Assembly: GCF_030028105.1 (NCBI RefSeq)
Contig: NC_092379.1
Span: 18,887,309-18,951,308, forward strand
Source of the DNA: Mobula birostris
Lineage: Eukaryota
Direction: 5' to 3'
Length of the DNA stretch: 64,000 bases
Shown in pieces: positions 1 to 12,830 of this stretch. The notes under the pieces were generated by a model. That model was given only the letters and a program-made list of their open reading frames with translations. It was not told the origin of the DNA and ran no database searches. Both the position numbers and the translations under genes were made by a program. Every line of letters begins with the position of its first letter. The stretch's first letter is position 1.

Positions 1-929
1 ACTGGACCATGACACATACAGTCAAGATGGTGTCACAAATGCTGATATCTCTCTAGCCCTCTCTGTTAAAGGAACACACCAATATCCTTTTAACAGGTCA
101 ATCTTTGTAAGGTATTTTGCCTTCCCCACTTTATCAATGCAGTCATTCACTCTCTTTCCTTGTTCTTTCTTGTTTCCAGCTTCTTGTTCAACCATCTTAC
201 TTTCCTCTAAATTCTTTCTGTAAGAATGCTCCTTGATTGGCTGGGCTGAATTTACAATGACGTCATGCCCTGCAGCCATACACCATCTTGGAATGTCAGA
301 AAATAAATCTATGTTTGCTAGTTAATTTTTCAACTGTTTTTGCAGTGTAGGTTCCAAATGATGGACCTTGTCAGTGATATTTTTCAAAACAATGGAACTC
401 TTCAATCTTGTTGATACTAGATTCAGTGGGTTAAAATGATTTTTCACCTCATTCCCAGCCTCTGCCACCACGACTGTTTTCCTAACTACCCACAGGTGCT
501 ACCCTATCAAATAAGTGTTTATTTTAATTTGAACATTCTGCAAACTTTCCTTTGCAAGGTCACAAACATTGTTAAGTCTTTTCCACACATTGACCCATAT
601 TTCCAAATCAGACCACAGTTCTCTGAGTAGGGTCAAATGTCCTTTTCGTCTGTGACCGAACACAGGTTCAAATAGACTACACTCCAATGATTTTTGAATT
701 ATATCTCCAACAGCAAATAAGAGTAGGGAAACCCCCTCATCTCAGTTTTGTTCCAATTTTTAACACAACATTGTATCATTTCTTAATGCATGTATGCATT
801 TCTAAATGACAATAAAAGAGGACTGAGTGTTCTCATAATCTTTAAAAAAAATATATTTTTATCATGGTCTTAAGAGTGGAGTTGAACCGTTCCAAGGCTC
901 TCTCGGACTCTGTGTGATGTGCAGATGAC

Positions 930-3310
930 CCAATGTGCTTAGCTCCAAATTCTCCAATTATCCCTGGAATGTTCTCGAAGTAACTGTATGCTGACAGGCC
1001 GACTAGGGGGAATGCCATACTAGATCTAGTATTAGGTAACGAACCGGGTCAGGTCACAGATCTCTCAGTGGGTGAGCATCTGGGGCACAGTGACCACCAG
1101 TCCCTGGCCTTCAGCATTATCATGGAAAAGGATAGAATCAGAGAGGACCGGAAAATTTTTAATTGGGGAAGGGCAAATTATGAGGCTATAAGTCCAGAAC
1201 TTGTCGGTGTGAATTGGGATGATGTTTTTGCAGGGAAATGTACTACGGACACGTGGTCAATGTTTAGAGATGTATTGCAGGATGTTAAGGATAAATTTGT
1301 CCCAGTGAGGAAGATAAAGAATGGTAGGGTGAAGGAACCATGGGTGACAAGTGAGGTGGAAAATCTGTTCAGGTGGAAGAAGGCAGCATACATGAGGTTT
1401 AGGAAGCAAGGATCAGATGGGTCTATTTAGGAATATAGGGTAGCAAGAAAGGTGCTTAAGAAGGGGCTGAGAAGAGCAAGAAGGGGGCATGAGAAGGCCT
1501 TGGCAAGTAGTGTAAAGGAAAACCCCAAGGCATTCTTCAATTATGTGAAGAACAAAAGGATGACAGGAGTGAAGGTAGGACTGATTAGAGATAAAGGTGG
1601 GAATTTGTACCTGGAGGCTGTGGAAGTGAGCGAGGTCCTCAATAAATACTTCTCCCTGGTATTCACCAATGAGAGGGAACTTGATGATGGTGAGGACAAT
1701 ATGAGTGAGGTTGGTGTTCTGGAGCATGTTGATATTAAGGCAGAGGAGGTGTTGGAGTTGTTAAAATACATTAGGATGGATAAGTCCCCAGGGCTGATGG
1801 AATATTCCCTGGGCTGCTCCACGAGGCGTGGGAAGAGATTGCTGAGCCTTTGGCTAGGATCTTTATGTCCTCGTTGTCTACGGGAATGATACCGGAGGAT
1901 TGGAGGGAGGCGAATGTTGTCCCATGTTCAAAAAAAGTAGTAGGGATAGTCCAGGTAATTATAGACCAGTGAGCCTTACGTCTGTAGTGGGAAAGCTGTT
2001 GGAAAACATTCTTAGAGATAGTATCTGTGGGCATTTAGAGAATCATGGTCTGATCAGCATGGCTTTCTGAAGGGCAGATCATCTCTAACAAGCCTGATAG
2101 AGTTCTTTGAGGAGGTGACCAGGCATATAGATGAGGATAGTGCAGTGGATGTGATCTATATGGATTTTAGTAAGACATTTGACAAAGTTCCACATGGTAG
2201 GCTTATTCAGAAAGTCAGAAGGCATGGGATCCAGGGAAGTTTGGCTCGGTGGTTTCATAATTGGCTTGCCTGCAGAAGGCAGAGGGTCGTGGTGGAGGGA
2301 GTACATTCATATTGGAGGGTTGTGACTAGTGGTGTCCCACAAGGATTGGTTCTGGGACCTCTACTTTTCGTGATTTTTATTAACGACCTGGATGTGGGGG
2401 TAGAAGGGTGGATTGGCAAGTTTGCAGATGACACAAAGGTTGGTGGTGTTGTAGGTAGTGTAGAGGATTGTCAAAGATTGCAGAGAGACATTGATAGGTT
2501 GCAGAAGTGGGTGGAGAAGTGGCAGATGGAGTTCAACCCGGAGAAGTGTGAGGTAGTACACTTTGGAAGGACAAACTCCAAAGCAGAGTACAAAGTAATT
2601 GGCAGGATACTTGGTAGTGTGGAGGAGCAGAGGGATCTGGGGGTACATGTCCACAGATCCCCTAAACTTGCCTCACAGGTAGGTAGGGTAGTTAGAAAGC
2701 TTATGTGGTGTTAGCTTTCATAAGTCGAGGGATAGAGTTTAAGAGTCGCGAGGTAATGATGCAGCTCTATAAATCTCTGGTTAGGCCACACTTGGAGTAC
2801 TGTGTCCAGTTCTGGTCGCCTCACTATAGGAAGGATGTGGAAGCATTGGAAAGGGTACAGAGATGATTTACCAGGATGCTGCCTGGTTTGGAGAGTATGG
2901 ATTATGATCAGAGATTAAGGGAGCTAGGGCTTTACTCTTTGGAGTGAAGGAGGATGAGAGGAGACATGATAAAGGTATATAAGATATTAAGAGGAATAGA
3001 TAGAGTGGATCGCCAGTACCTCTTCCCCAGAGCACCACTGCTCAATACAAGGGAACATGGCTTTAAGGTAAGGGGTGGGAAGTTCAAAGGGGATATTAGA
3101 GGAAGGTTGTTTACTCAGAGAGTGGTTGGTGCATGGAATACACTGCCTGAGTCAGTGGTGGAGACAGATACACTAGTGGAATTTAAGAGACTACTAGACA
3201 GGTATATGGAAGAATTTAAGATGGGGGTTTATATGGGAGGCAGGGTCTGAGAGTCGGCACAATAATGTGGGCCGAAGGGCCTGTAATGTGCTGTACTATT
3301 CTATGTCTAT
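930..3310 (+). mobile_element. CR1 LINE ORF2 (end of endonuclease plus RT) and 3' UTR, 5'-truncated, frameshifted
   Basis: ORFs 1068-1430, 1452-1889, 2115-2714 (YMDFSKTFDKVPH, GVPQGLVLGP, KFADDTK), 2954-3250; CTATGT-type tail. Confidence 0.9.
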
Positions 3311-5431
3311 GTTAAAGTTAATACCCTGGTCAAATTGAATTTCTTTGGGCAGACCTACCAGTGTGAAAAACTTACTGAATGCTTTTACTCCAGTCTTTGC
3401 CTGGATGTTTCCGAGTGGCAAGGCTTCAGGGAACTGAGACACAGCACACATAATTGTTAACACATACTGATGACCAGCTGCAGTCTTTGGCAATGGGCCT
3501 ACACAATCCACTGTGACCCTTGAAAAAGGTTCACCAAAAGCAGATATCAGTTTAAGTGGTGCTACTTGAATAACCTGATTAAGTTTCCCATCAACGTGGC
3601 TGGTGTGTCAAGTCCTGCAATAATTCACACCATCCTATCTTAAACTAGACCAGTAGAATTCCTTCATAATCCTATTCACTGTCTTTCTCTCTCCAAAATG
3701 TCCACCGAAAGGCATGTTTAAAATTTCATCCCTGTAAGTTTCGGAACTACTACCTGATGCTCAATGGCCCAATCCTCACTTGCAGGCACAGTGGCTGGTC
3801 TCCACTTTCTCATCAACATCCCATCTTTAAGGTAATATCTCACTGACTCTCTCTGAACCTTCTCTTCTGTGAGAGCTGTCTCCTTTAAAGCCACCATATC
3901 TGAATCTTTATTCTGTTCCTCCATAAATTCCTTCCTCGATAAGGACAAACCTTTTGTCATACATCTTACTCTCATCAGCTTTACTACCCCCTAAGTCCTG
4001 CTGGAATATGAAAGGTAGAAAAGTCGATGACACATCATCCTGGAGAGGTGTCAACCTCCCCCCATTGTTTACTAAAGTTAGCATTATCAATAGACTTATA
4101 AAAAAACATGTGTATATTGTGGAAGAGGCCAAACAATCCATTTATCTCATTCCTACGACCTTTATTCTGACCTGTCTCCTTAGCAACTTCCACCAATGGT
4201 GTCTCAAAACCATATCAATTCTCCTTTTTCTCCACAACATCGTCATGCATAACATCATAACCTTGAAGGTGTTTACCTCCAAATGTCAAAACAAAATTCA
4301 ACAGAGTGGCACGTACTTCCTCAGCAGGCCTTTGTCCTGCAAGCACGGTCAAATGTCGTGAAACCAATCTAACTTTCACAATTACTTTATTCAAAAGTCC
4401 AGAAACAACACCTTTCCCAATATCTTCAGTAACATTTACCTCACCGATTTTTATCTTATTACTAACTTTTAAACCTCCCCCCCCCCCCCACCAATACAAG
4501 TGACTAAGAATTCTCAATTTCCACTGGTACCAAGGTTAACCCCTTTTTCACTGAACCATAACCATCTGACACAAAAGAACGGCATTCCTTTCCAACCAAG
4601 TCGGACACCTCAGACCTTAACTGAGCTTCAACACAAGGTTCAGTACCCTGTAAATCCACAGATACTTCAACAATCTGAACACAGGCAATCGGGACAGCTG
4701 CCTCTTCTGGGCCTTCATCACTTGCCCCAGTTTCAAATTCAAGGTCACCCCGAACCTCCCAGCTACTCTCTGGGTAACTCTCATCTGGAGTAGACTCAAC
4801 CTCGTGGGATAAACCAACTTCATCTGCTGTCTTAGCAGACCCCTGCAAGGTGGCGGCATCCTCTTCAACTAGGTATGCATTTACATCAGCAGGAACACAA
4901 TTTTTAAATTCTTCAAACAAAACAAGCTCTTCCCAGCTGTAAAAATCATCAGGGTCTGACACTAAACCTCTCGGCTGCCACATCTCCCTCTTGAACTGTC
5001 TCTGTCTTTCTACCTCTTCTCTCTGTTTTTCTGCCTCTTCTGCCTTGAGCTGTTTCAGTTGCAACTCATGTTCCCTTTTTAATTTTTCCAACTGAAGCTG
5101 AAGCTCAGCCTCAGTAAGTACTTTATCTTCAGCAAACATTTTCAACACATCCTCAGTAAATTGTGTCGTTGAAATATAATATTCAATTTTTTTTTGAATT
5201 TCTACCTTAGCCATACCCTTCTTTACCGTCTTAAGTTCCAGCTCCTCAACAATTGTCTGCAATTCATCCTTTTTAGCTCTCTTCAAAACCACAGGGTTTG
5301 ACAATGCCAGAAATTTCCTAACATCCATTTCTGCTGTTTTTCCACATGACCAAATCAAAAGGGATTTTCCCCAATCAATTCCAAATAAGCCCCAACCAAT
5401 TTGTTCATATCCCAGATGCAGGCCCCAATTT

Positions 5432-6233
5432 TGATAGGGACCCAGGACGGGCTAAAGTTCCAGCAGAAATGGAAAACACTTTGGAGTCCAGTATTGCTAT
5501 TAACTAATGGTATTTATTAGTAAGTACAGAATACAGTAATATAAATGCAGATATATCAAACAGGATTGCAATGATTATATATAAGTAAGTGTGGAAATAT
5601 ATGAAAACCAAGCTTCTTCAAGTCTAGGGGTAAATAGATAGTCTTATGATGATGAGTAAAGCTCAGTTCAGTTCGTGGTATTGAGTTGAGTGTTGATGGA
5701 GAGAGGGAGAGGGAGAGATTTGAGTCTTCAGGTGAGCTGATGCTGTCGATCTTCCCGTTGTCCTCCAAAATCCTTTAGAAGTCACCGACTGTGACCACAA
5801 CAAAGGGACCATTCTTCTGTGGTGGAATTATCAACCCGTGTGAGGGTTGGACACACAAATGACTCCCCACCGGTCACTCCCTTTTCACACTGTGAGAGCC
5901 GCTGATTGATCCGCCTGATCGATCCTCCAAAACCCACCTTTTCTGTGGGCACAACAAAACTCATTCAGTGTCCAAAACCATGTGTCTCCAGGTCTAAGAG
6001 CTGACCTTCTATTTATCTCGCTGTGCTGAATACTAGCTGTCCATCAGGCAGCTCCTCCCTCCTCTCTCTGCAAGAACACAGAAGCTGCCAGCGTCCCTGT
6101 AGGAAGTATAAACAAACTGTGAGCAATCTTTGCCTCTCTCTCTTTCTTTTTAACAAAGTGTCTGGTGTTGAGCAACTCCCTCTCTCTCTTTTCAAAAGCA
6201 CAGTTCATAGGGGTAATTAGAGACCCCATCACA
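5432..6233 (-). repeat. 5' LTR of the Gmr1-like element
   Basis: On minus begins TGTGATG and ends CCCTATCA (TG..CA); followed by TGGGGCCTGCATCTGGGAT, resembling a tRNA-Pro primer-binding site, then gag. Confidence 0.7.
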
Positions 6234-6249
6234 ATATATCTAACATGAT

Positions 6250-9200
6250 TACCAATTTGCGGGACTGTCCTGAATCCTTAAAGGAGCTGCACCAGCTATC
6301 CGCACTGCGAAGAGTTAGAGTGTCTAAGTTCCAGAAGCTGGATCTGTTGGGTGCGTCTCTTAACAGGACCCATCACCTATGGCTGACTGCTGACAATCCT
6401 GGCTGTTTGTAGAGACAGTGATGATAGACGTCAAAGAGGGCCAGATCTAAGATGTCTCTATCAGGCACCCAGCACCTCTACTGTGGTCCGAATTCTTCCC
6501 AGTCCACGAGGTATTGTTGAACACCTGGAGCAGTACGCAAGTACAGAAGTCTTCTCACCGTGAAGACCTGTTCCCCCTCAATAAACCAGAGTGGCAGCAG
6601 GGCTGGTGGTGGTGGGGCTAAGGGACTGATGCAGACAGGTTTTAATTTATAGATGTGGAAGGTGGGATTCATTTTTAGAGTCTTGGGGAGCTGCAAGGTA
6701 TAAGCCATGGGGTTTACTTTCCTTAGGACTTTGATGGATCCAGTGAATTTGCTTGCCAACTTTCTAGATTCCACACAGAGATACGAATTATAAGTGGACA
6801 GCCAGACCTGTTGCTCAGGGTCTAAATTGGGTCTGTCTTCTCCTTCAGTTTGCTTTGGTCTCTGACCTCTGGATGGAGGCCAGAAAAGTTTCTCATGCCC
6901 TAATCTATTTCTGCTTGCAGCATTGGGTGAAATCTTTGGCTGCAGGGACCCCAACCTCTGCCTCCTTGCATGGAAAGAGGGGCAGTGGATAACCAAACTG
7001 TCACTTGAATAGTGACATCCCATACGCTGAATGCTGTAAGATGTCCACTCATAAGGTCTTTCTGAGGCCAGGCATCTGAAGGTACATTCTAAATCTTGTT
7101 TAGTCCACTCCATCTGACCTTTGGATTGAGGGTAAAACCCAGAGGAAAAGCTTACTGCTGCCACTATCAGTTTACAGAACACTCTCCAGAAATATGATGT
7201 TTATTGTGGACCACAATCTGAGACAACATCCACCAGGAATCTGTGGATCCTGAAGACCAGCACCAGGACTATTTTGGCTGTCCCCCCTGCAGATGGTTGC
7301 TTCTTCAAGACAATGAACTTGCAGGCTTTCAAAAACCAATCGAAAATTACCATGATGACCGGCTTCCCCTTGGTTGGCAGGAGACCCATGACAAGGTCCA
7401 TGGAGGTGTGTGTCCAATGTCTTTCCAGAACAGGACGGGGGTGGGGGAGCCCTTGAGATCAGGAATGAGGCTCCTTGTTCCAGTCACACACCTTACATGC
7501 TTCCACGAAGGACCGAACCTCTTTTGTCATTCCAGGCATCCAGTACCTCCACTTGGTAAACCTGAGGGTCCTGGCAATCCCTGGCAGTGTGGTCATTTTT
7601 GACGAATGACCCCATTGGAGTACTTGTGACCAGAATGAAGTTGGGACAAAGAGCTGACCTAGAAGGCTGTTCTTAGAAATTCCCCCCAATCGCTTGGGCC
7701 TTGTGATCAGGATCGTCGTTTGCTCATCCAATTGCTGTGACCACACTGACTTGCGGCAAAATAGGGGTAGGTTGCTCCTCTCATTCTGGTTCGTCAAACT
7801 CACGGGACAGGGCTTCTGGCTTCTGGTTCTTTGACCCCAGTCAATAGAACAGGATGAATTCAAAAAACAAAGACAACCTGACCTGCTCGGAATGCAGGCT
7901 CTTGGCCTCCTGAATATAAGCCAGGTTCTTCTGGTCAGTCCAAATGATAAAAGGGTTCCTGGCCCTCTCAAACCAGTGACGCCATTACTCCAAAGCTAAG
8001 AACTGCAAGGGGCTCCCAATTCTCGTTGTCATAGTTCCTCTCTGCCGGGGATAGCCACCTGGAGAAGAATGCGCACAGGTTTAGTTTACCATCCAAAGGT
8101 GATCGTTGAGACAAGATGGCATCCACTCCATTGATTGAGCTGTCCACCTCCATGATGAAGGGGAGGTCCCAGTTAGGAGAAACCAAATTAGAAGCTGTTG
8201 TGAACCACTGTTTGAGCTCAACAAAAGCAGACTCTGCTTCGGTAGTCCAGACGTAAGGGTGTGTAGAATTCTTAATTAGCAAAGGCAGCAGACCTGCACT
8301 GAGCTGAAGTTGCTTATGAACTTCTGGTAGAAATTTGCAATCCCCAAGAAACATTGGATTTGTTTGCTGCTAGATGGTGGCGGTCAGTCTCTGACTGCCT
8401 GGGTCTTGGTAAGTCTTGGTAGGCTCCATCTTGAGATTGCCATTGGAGATGATGAACACCAAAAATGAAACAGTCGTCACGTGAAACTCAGACTTCTCCA
8501 ACAGAACATCAACTCCATGCTCTAGACGCCTCTTTAAAATGTCCCTGACGTTAACGTCATTTTTCTCCATGGACTTTGAAAAGGTTACGGTATCATCAAT
8601 GTAGATGAAGGAATACTTATCAAGAATATCCATAATGGCTGGAGCATTCACGAGGCTGAAGGGCATCACCAGATACTCGTAGTGCCCCGTTGGTGTATTG
8701 AATGCAGTCTTCCACTCATCACATTCCCTTATATGGACCAGATGGTACACACTCTGTCATTCCAGATTTGTGAATACTCTCAGTCTTGGAGCATTTCGAA
8801 GTCCATGAATGGCAGTGGGTAGTGATATTTGGCCATCATGCAGTTTAATCTTCTATAATCAATGCACGGCGGAGGGCTTCCGTCCTTCTTTCGTATGAAG
8901 CAGAAGCCTGTGCCAGCGAGTGAGGTGAGGAGCCGAATGAAGCCTGTGGCAAGAGCCTCCTTAATATACTCTTCCACTACACTTCTCTCTGGGCCCAAGA
9001 GTGCACTTAATCAACCCTGCAGGGGACAAGTACCAGGCAGCAGGTATCGCACAGTTGTGGGGTTGGTGTGTTGGAAGAGTTGAGGCCTTTCCCTTGCTGA
9101 AGGCTTCCTCCATGTCCTTGTAGATGGATGCACTTTCAATGGGTTTGGGTGTTCTATCTCCTTGGACTCTCTTTCGAAGATGATCCCTGAGGCTTTTTAG

Positions 9201-9660
9201 GCAGTGGGGTGATTCAACTGACCTCAGAGTCCGCTCCCTAGGCTCACAAAGCTCATTCATGGAAACGAGCCAAGTCAGAGTCTAAATCCCAATCAGGATC
9301 CTCAGGCGGCGGCAGCGAGGTGTTACAGAGGGTTCTTTTCCTCCTGGGAACAGGTTTCAAGGCTCGGCATAATGGAGTCTGTTCCATTACTCGAGACCTG
9401 GTAGCTGTGTTCTTAAGGTTGGCTGCAAGTTTCCCAGAGAGTTCGGGCATCTCTTTGGTCTAGTTCCTGTGGGATTCAGACTCGATAGTGTCAGAACTCA
9501 TACAGTCTCATCGTCTGGAATCAGTTTCTCCATCCAGGAGGGCAGGACTAAGTCACCAGAAGGTCTTGGATTACTTCGCACTGAGGCTGCCCCCTTTTTG
9601 GTCATTTCTCATGGGAGTGTCTGAGTCTTGGAACACCATGCCACAAACAAACCCTCTTAC
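6250..9660 (-). mobile_element. Gypsy (Sushi-like chromovirus) retrotransposon, decayed gag-pol
   Basis: RT (PCIDYRRLN; TAFNTPTGHYEYLVMPF; YIDD), RNase H (MEVDSS...CAFFSR), integrase (MDLVMGL...IVSDCGPQ), C-terminal chromodomain (VRRLL...QYLVDWEEFGP). Confidence 0.85.
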
Positions 9661-10029
9661 AATGACGGACCAAGAAATTGAGGGGGAGGGCCAGGAGGGG
9701 ATTTGGTACTCGAATTAGTGTAGTAAAGGGAACAGATAATATTAGGTGAGGAATGTGAAACCAACGTTTTGTTTCAATGATTCTCCCCTCCCTCCAGTCC
9801 ATGGAGGATTATGCTGGGATAGCCAAGGGTACTCGAGGATCAGGGGTACGTGGAGAATCAATTATGTAGAAACTAATATCATCCCCATGATCTGCTACCC
9901 TCATCTGCAAATCCACAGTCTGTTGCTGGATCCACCCAGAACCTAGTGGGCAACCGTCCAAGACAGTTGCAGGCATGGCTTGGCTCAACACTCACAGCGG
10001 GCAGTAACTTACAGGTAAGTTACAGTACC

Positions 10030-11095
10030 TGGGCCTTTGTCCCTCCCTCCGCAATTGGATGCTCCGGTTAGGAAGACCACGATTCGTGATAATATCTCCT
10101 CCTTGCTGACGATCAACACTGGTGCACGTCAGGGGTGTGTGCTTAGCCCACTGCTTCTCTCTCTCTATACCCATGACTGTATGGTTGGGCATAGCTCAAA
10201 TACCATCTATAAATTTGCTGATGATACAACCGTTATTGGTAGAATCTCAGATGGAGATGAGAGGGCGTACAGGAGGGAGATATACCAACTTGTGTCGTGG
10301 TTCCACTGCAACAACCTTGCACTCAATAACAGTAAGACGAAAGAGCTGATTGTGGATTTCAGGAATGGCAAGATCAAGGAACACATACCAATCCTCATAG
10401 AGGAATCAGAAGTGGAGACAGTGAGCCATTTCAAGTCCCTGGGTGTCAAGATCTCTGAGCACCTAACCTGCCCCCAACATATCGACGCAGCTATAAAGAA
10501 GGCAAGACAGTGACAATACTTCATTAGGAGTTTGAAGAGATTTGGTAGGTCAACAAAAACACTCAAAAGCTTCTATAGATGTACCATGGAGAGCATTCTG
10601 ACAGGCTGCCACACTGTCTGGCGGGGGGCGGGGGTGGGGTGTTGGGTGGCTACTGCACAGGACCGAAAGAAGCTGCAGAAGGTCGTAAATTTAGTTGGCT
10701 CTATCGGGGGTACTAGCCTACATAGTACCCAGGACATCTTCAAAGAGAGGTATCTCAGAAAGGCAGCGTCCATTATTAAGGACCCCCAGCACCCATTCCC
10801 ATCAGATAGGAGGTACAGAAACCTGAAGGCACACACTCAGCGATTCAAGAACAGCTTCTGCCCCTCTGCCATTTAATTCCTAAATGGATATTGAACCCAT
10901 GAACACCCCCTCACTTTTTAAATATATACTATTTCTGTTTTTGCATAATTTTTAATCTTGTTCAATATATGTAAACTGTAATTTATTTATTTATTTATTT
11001 TTCTTTTTATATTATGTATTGCTTTGAACTGCTGCTGCTAAACTAACAAATTTCATGACACATGCTGGTGATAATAAACCTGATTCTGGATGTTG
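10030..11095 (+). mobile_element. Rex1/Babar-like LINE, RT C-terminus and 3' UTR
   Basis: TGARQGCVLSPLLLSLYTHDC...KFADDTTVIGRI (10037-10513), 10532-10876, tail gtgataataaacctgattctg. Confidence 0.75.
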
Positions 11096-11229
11096 AACCA
11101 ACCAGTGAATTAATGGGATTGGGATTAGTGACTGCTACTGTTATAGTCCTCCTGATACTGAACGGTCTTAGCAGTCCTGACTGTTCCAGCCTGGGATGTT
11201 CAATCATGCCCACAGAACCTGGTCTTAGA

Positions 11230-12830
11230 CTCTCCCAGTATAGGAAAAATCCTCTCCACATCCACTCTTATCAAGGCTTTTCAACATTTGATCAGTTTCA
11301 ATAAGGTCACCACTCATTATTCTGAATTCCAGCAAGTACATGAAATTCTCTCCTTATGACAAGCCTTTCAATCCCAGAATGATTTTTGTGAACTCTCCTC
11401 AATGTGACCACATTCTTTCTTAGATAAGGGGCCCAAAAGTGCTCACAGTACTTCAAGTTGGGCCTCACCAATGCTTTCAAAGACTCAACGTTACATCCCT
11501 GCTCTTATCTTGTAGTCCACTTGGAATGAATGCTGACATCACATTTGCCTTCCTCACCACTGACACAACCTGCAAATTAACCTTTAGGAAATCCCGCACA
11601 AGGACTCCCAAGTTCCTCTGCACTTCAGATTTTTGAAATTTCTGTCCATTTAGAAAACAGTCTGCCCTTTTATTTCTTCTTCCAAAGTGCATGACCATAC
11701 AATTCCAAACATTGTATTCCATCTGCTGCTTCATTGCCCGCTCTCCCAATCTGTTTTAGTCCTTCTGTAGCCTCTCTACTTCCTCAAAACTACCTGCCCC
11801 TCCACCCATCTTGATTCATGTGCAAACTTTGCAACAAAGCCGACAATACCATCATCCAAGTCATTGACATTTTTCATTAAAAGCAGTCCCACCACTAGTC
11901 ATCGGCAGCCAAACAGAAAAGTCTCCCTTTTATCCCATTCTTTGCCTTGTAGCAATCAGCCACTTTATCCATGCTAGTGTCTTTCCTGTAATACCATGGG
12001 CTCTTAACTTGTGAAGCAGCCTCGTGTGCGGCGCCTTGTCAAATGCCTTCTGAAAATCCAAGTACACAATATCCACCGATTCTATTCTGCTTGGTAACTC
12101 TTCAAAGAATTCCAACAAATTTCTCAGGCAGGCTTTTCCTCGAGAAAACCATGCTGACTGTGGCCTGCTTTATGATGTGCCTCCAAGTACCCAGAAACTA
12201 CAACCTTAACAATCAACTCCAAAATCTTCTCAACCACTAAGATCAGATTAACTGGCCAACAATTTCCTTTCTTCTGCCTCTCTCCTTCTTGAAAAGAGGA
12301 GTGACATTTCCAATTTTCCAGTCTTCTGGAACCATTCCAGAATCTAGTGATTTGTGAACAATCATCACTAATGCCTTCCCAGTCTCTTCAGTCACCTCCT
12401 CCAGAACCCTGGGGTGTACACCATCTGGTCCAGGTGACCTACCTACCTTCAGACCTTTCAGTTTCTCAAGAACCTTCTCCCTAGTAATGGCAGAGTCTCC
12501 CACTTCTGCCCCCTGACACTCTCGAAATTCCCATACAGCTCGTGCCTTCCACAGTGAAGACTGATGCAAAATACTTCTTTAGTTCTTCAGTTTGTCCACC
12601 ATTTCCTTGTCCCCTATTACTATCTCTCCAGCATCATTGTCCAGTAGTCTGATATCCATTTTCTTCTCTCTTTCACAATTTATGTATCTGAAGAAACCTT
12701 TGGTATCCTTTTTAACAGTATTGGCTAGCTTACTTTTGTATTCCATGCTTTTCTTCTTTAAGACCTTTTTCATTGCCTTCTGGTGGTTTTTAAATTCTTC
12801 CCAGTCTAACTTCCCACCAATTCTTGCTCC
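11230..12830 (-). mobile_element. CR1 LINE ORF2 fragments
   Basis: YLDFQKAFDKAPH, SPGPDGVHPRVL, KANVMSAFI in successive minus-strand ORFs. Confidence 0.85.

Larger units (their letters stand above)
1..6233 (-). mobile_element. Gypsy LTR retrotransposon of Gmr1 type (LTR-gag-PR-INT-RT order), decayed, interrupted by a CR1 and running off the left edge
   Basis: Minus-strand pieces in order: gag-like 5358-4504, protease region ~4500-4215, integrase 3975-3296 (MDCVGPLPKTAAGHQY...DQGINF) resuming ~765-436 (FEPVFGHRRKG), RT 279-22 (LTKIDLLKGYWCVPL...SAFVTP). Confidence 0.8.

Noticed and set aside
4504-5358. 284-aa coiled-coil ORF as a cellular gene
   Set aside because: It sits between an LTR/PBS and pol remnants, so it is retrotransposon gag.
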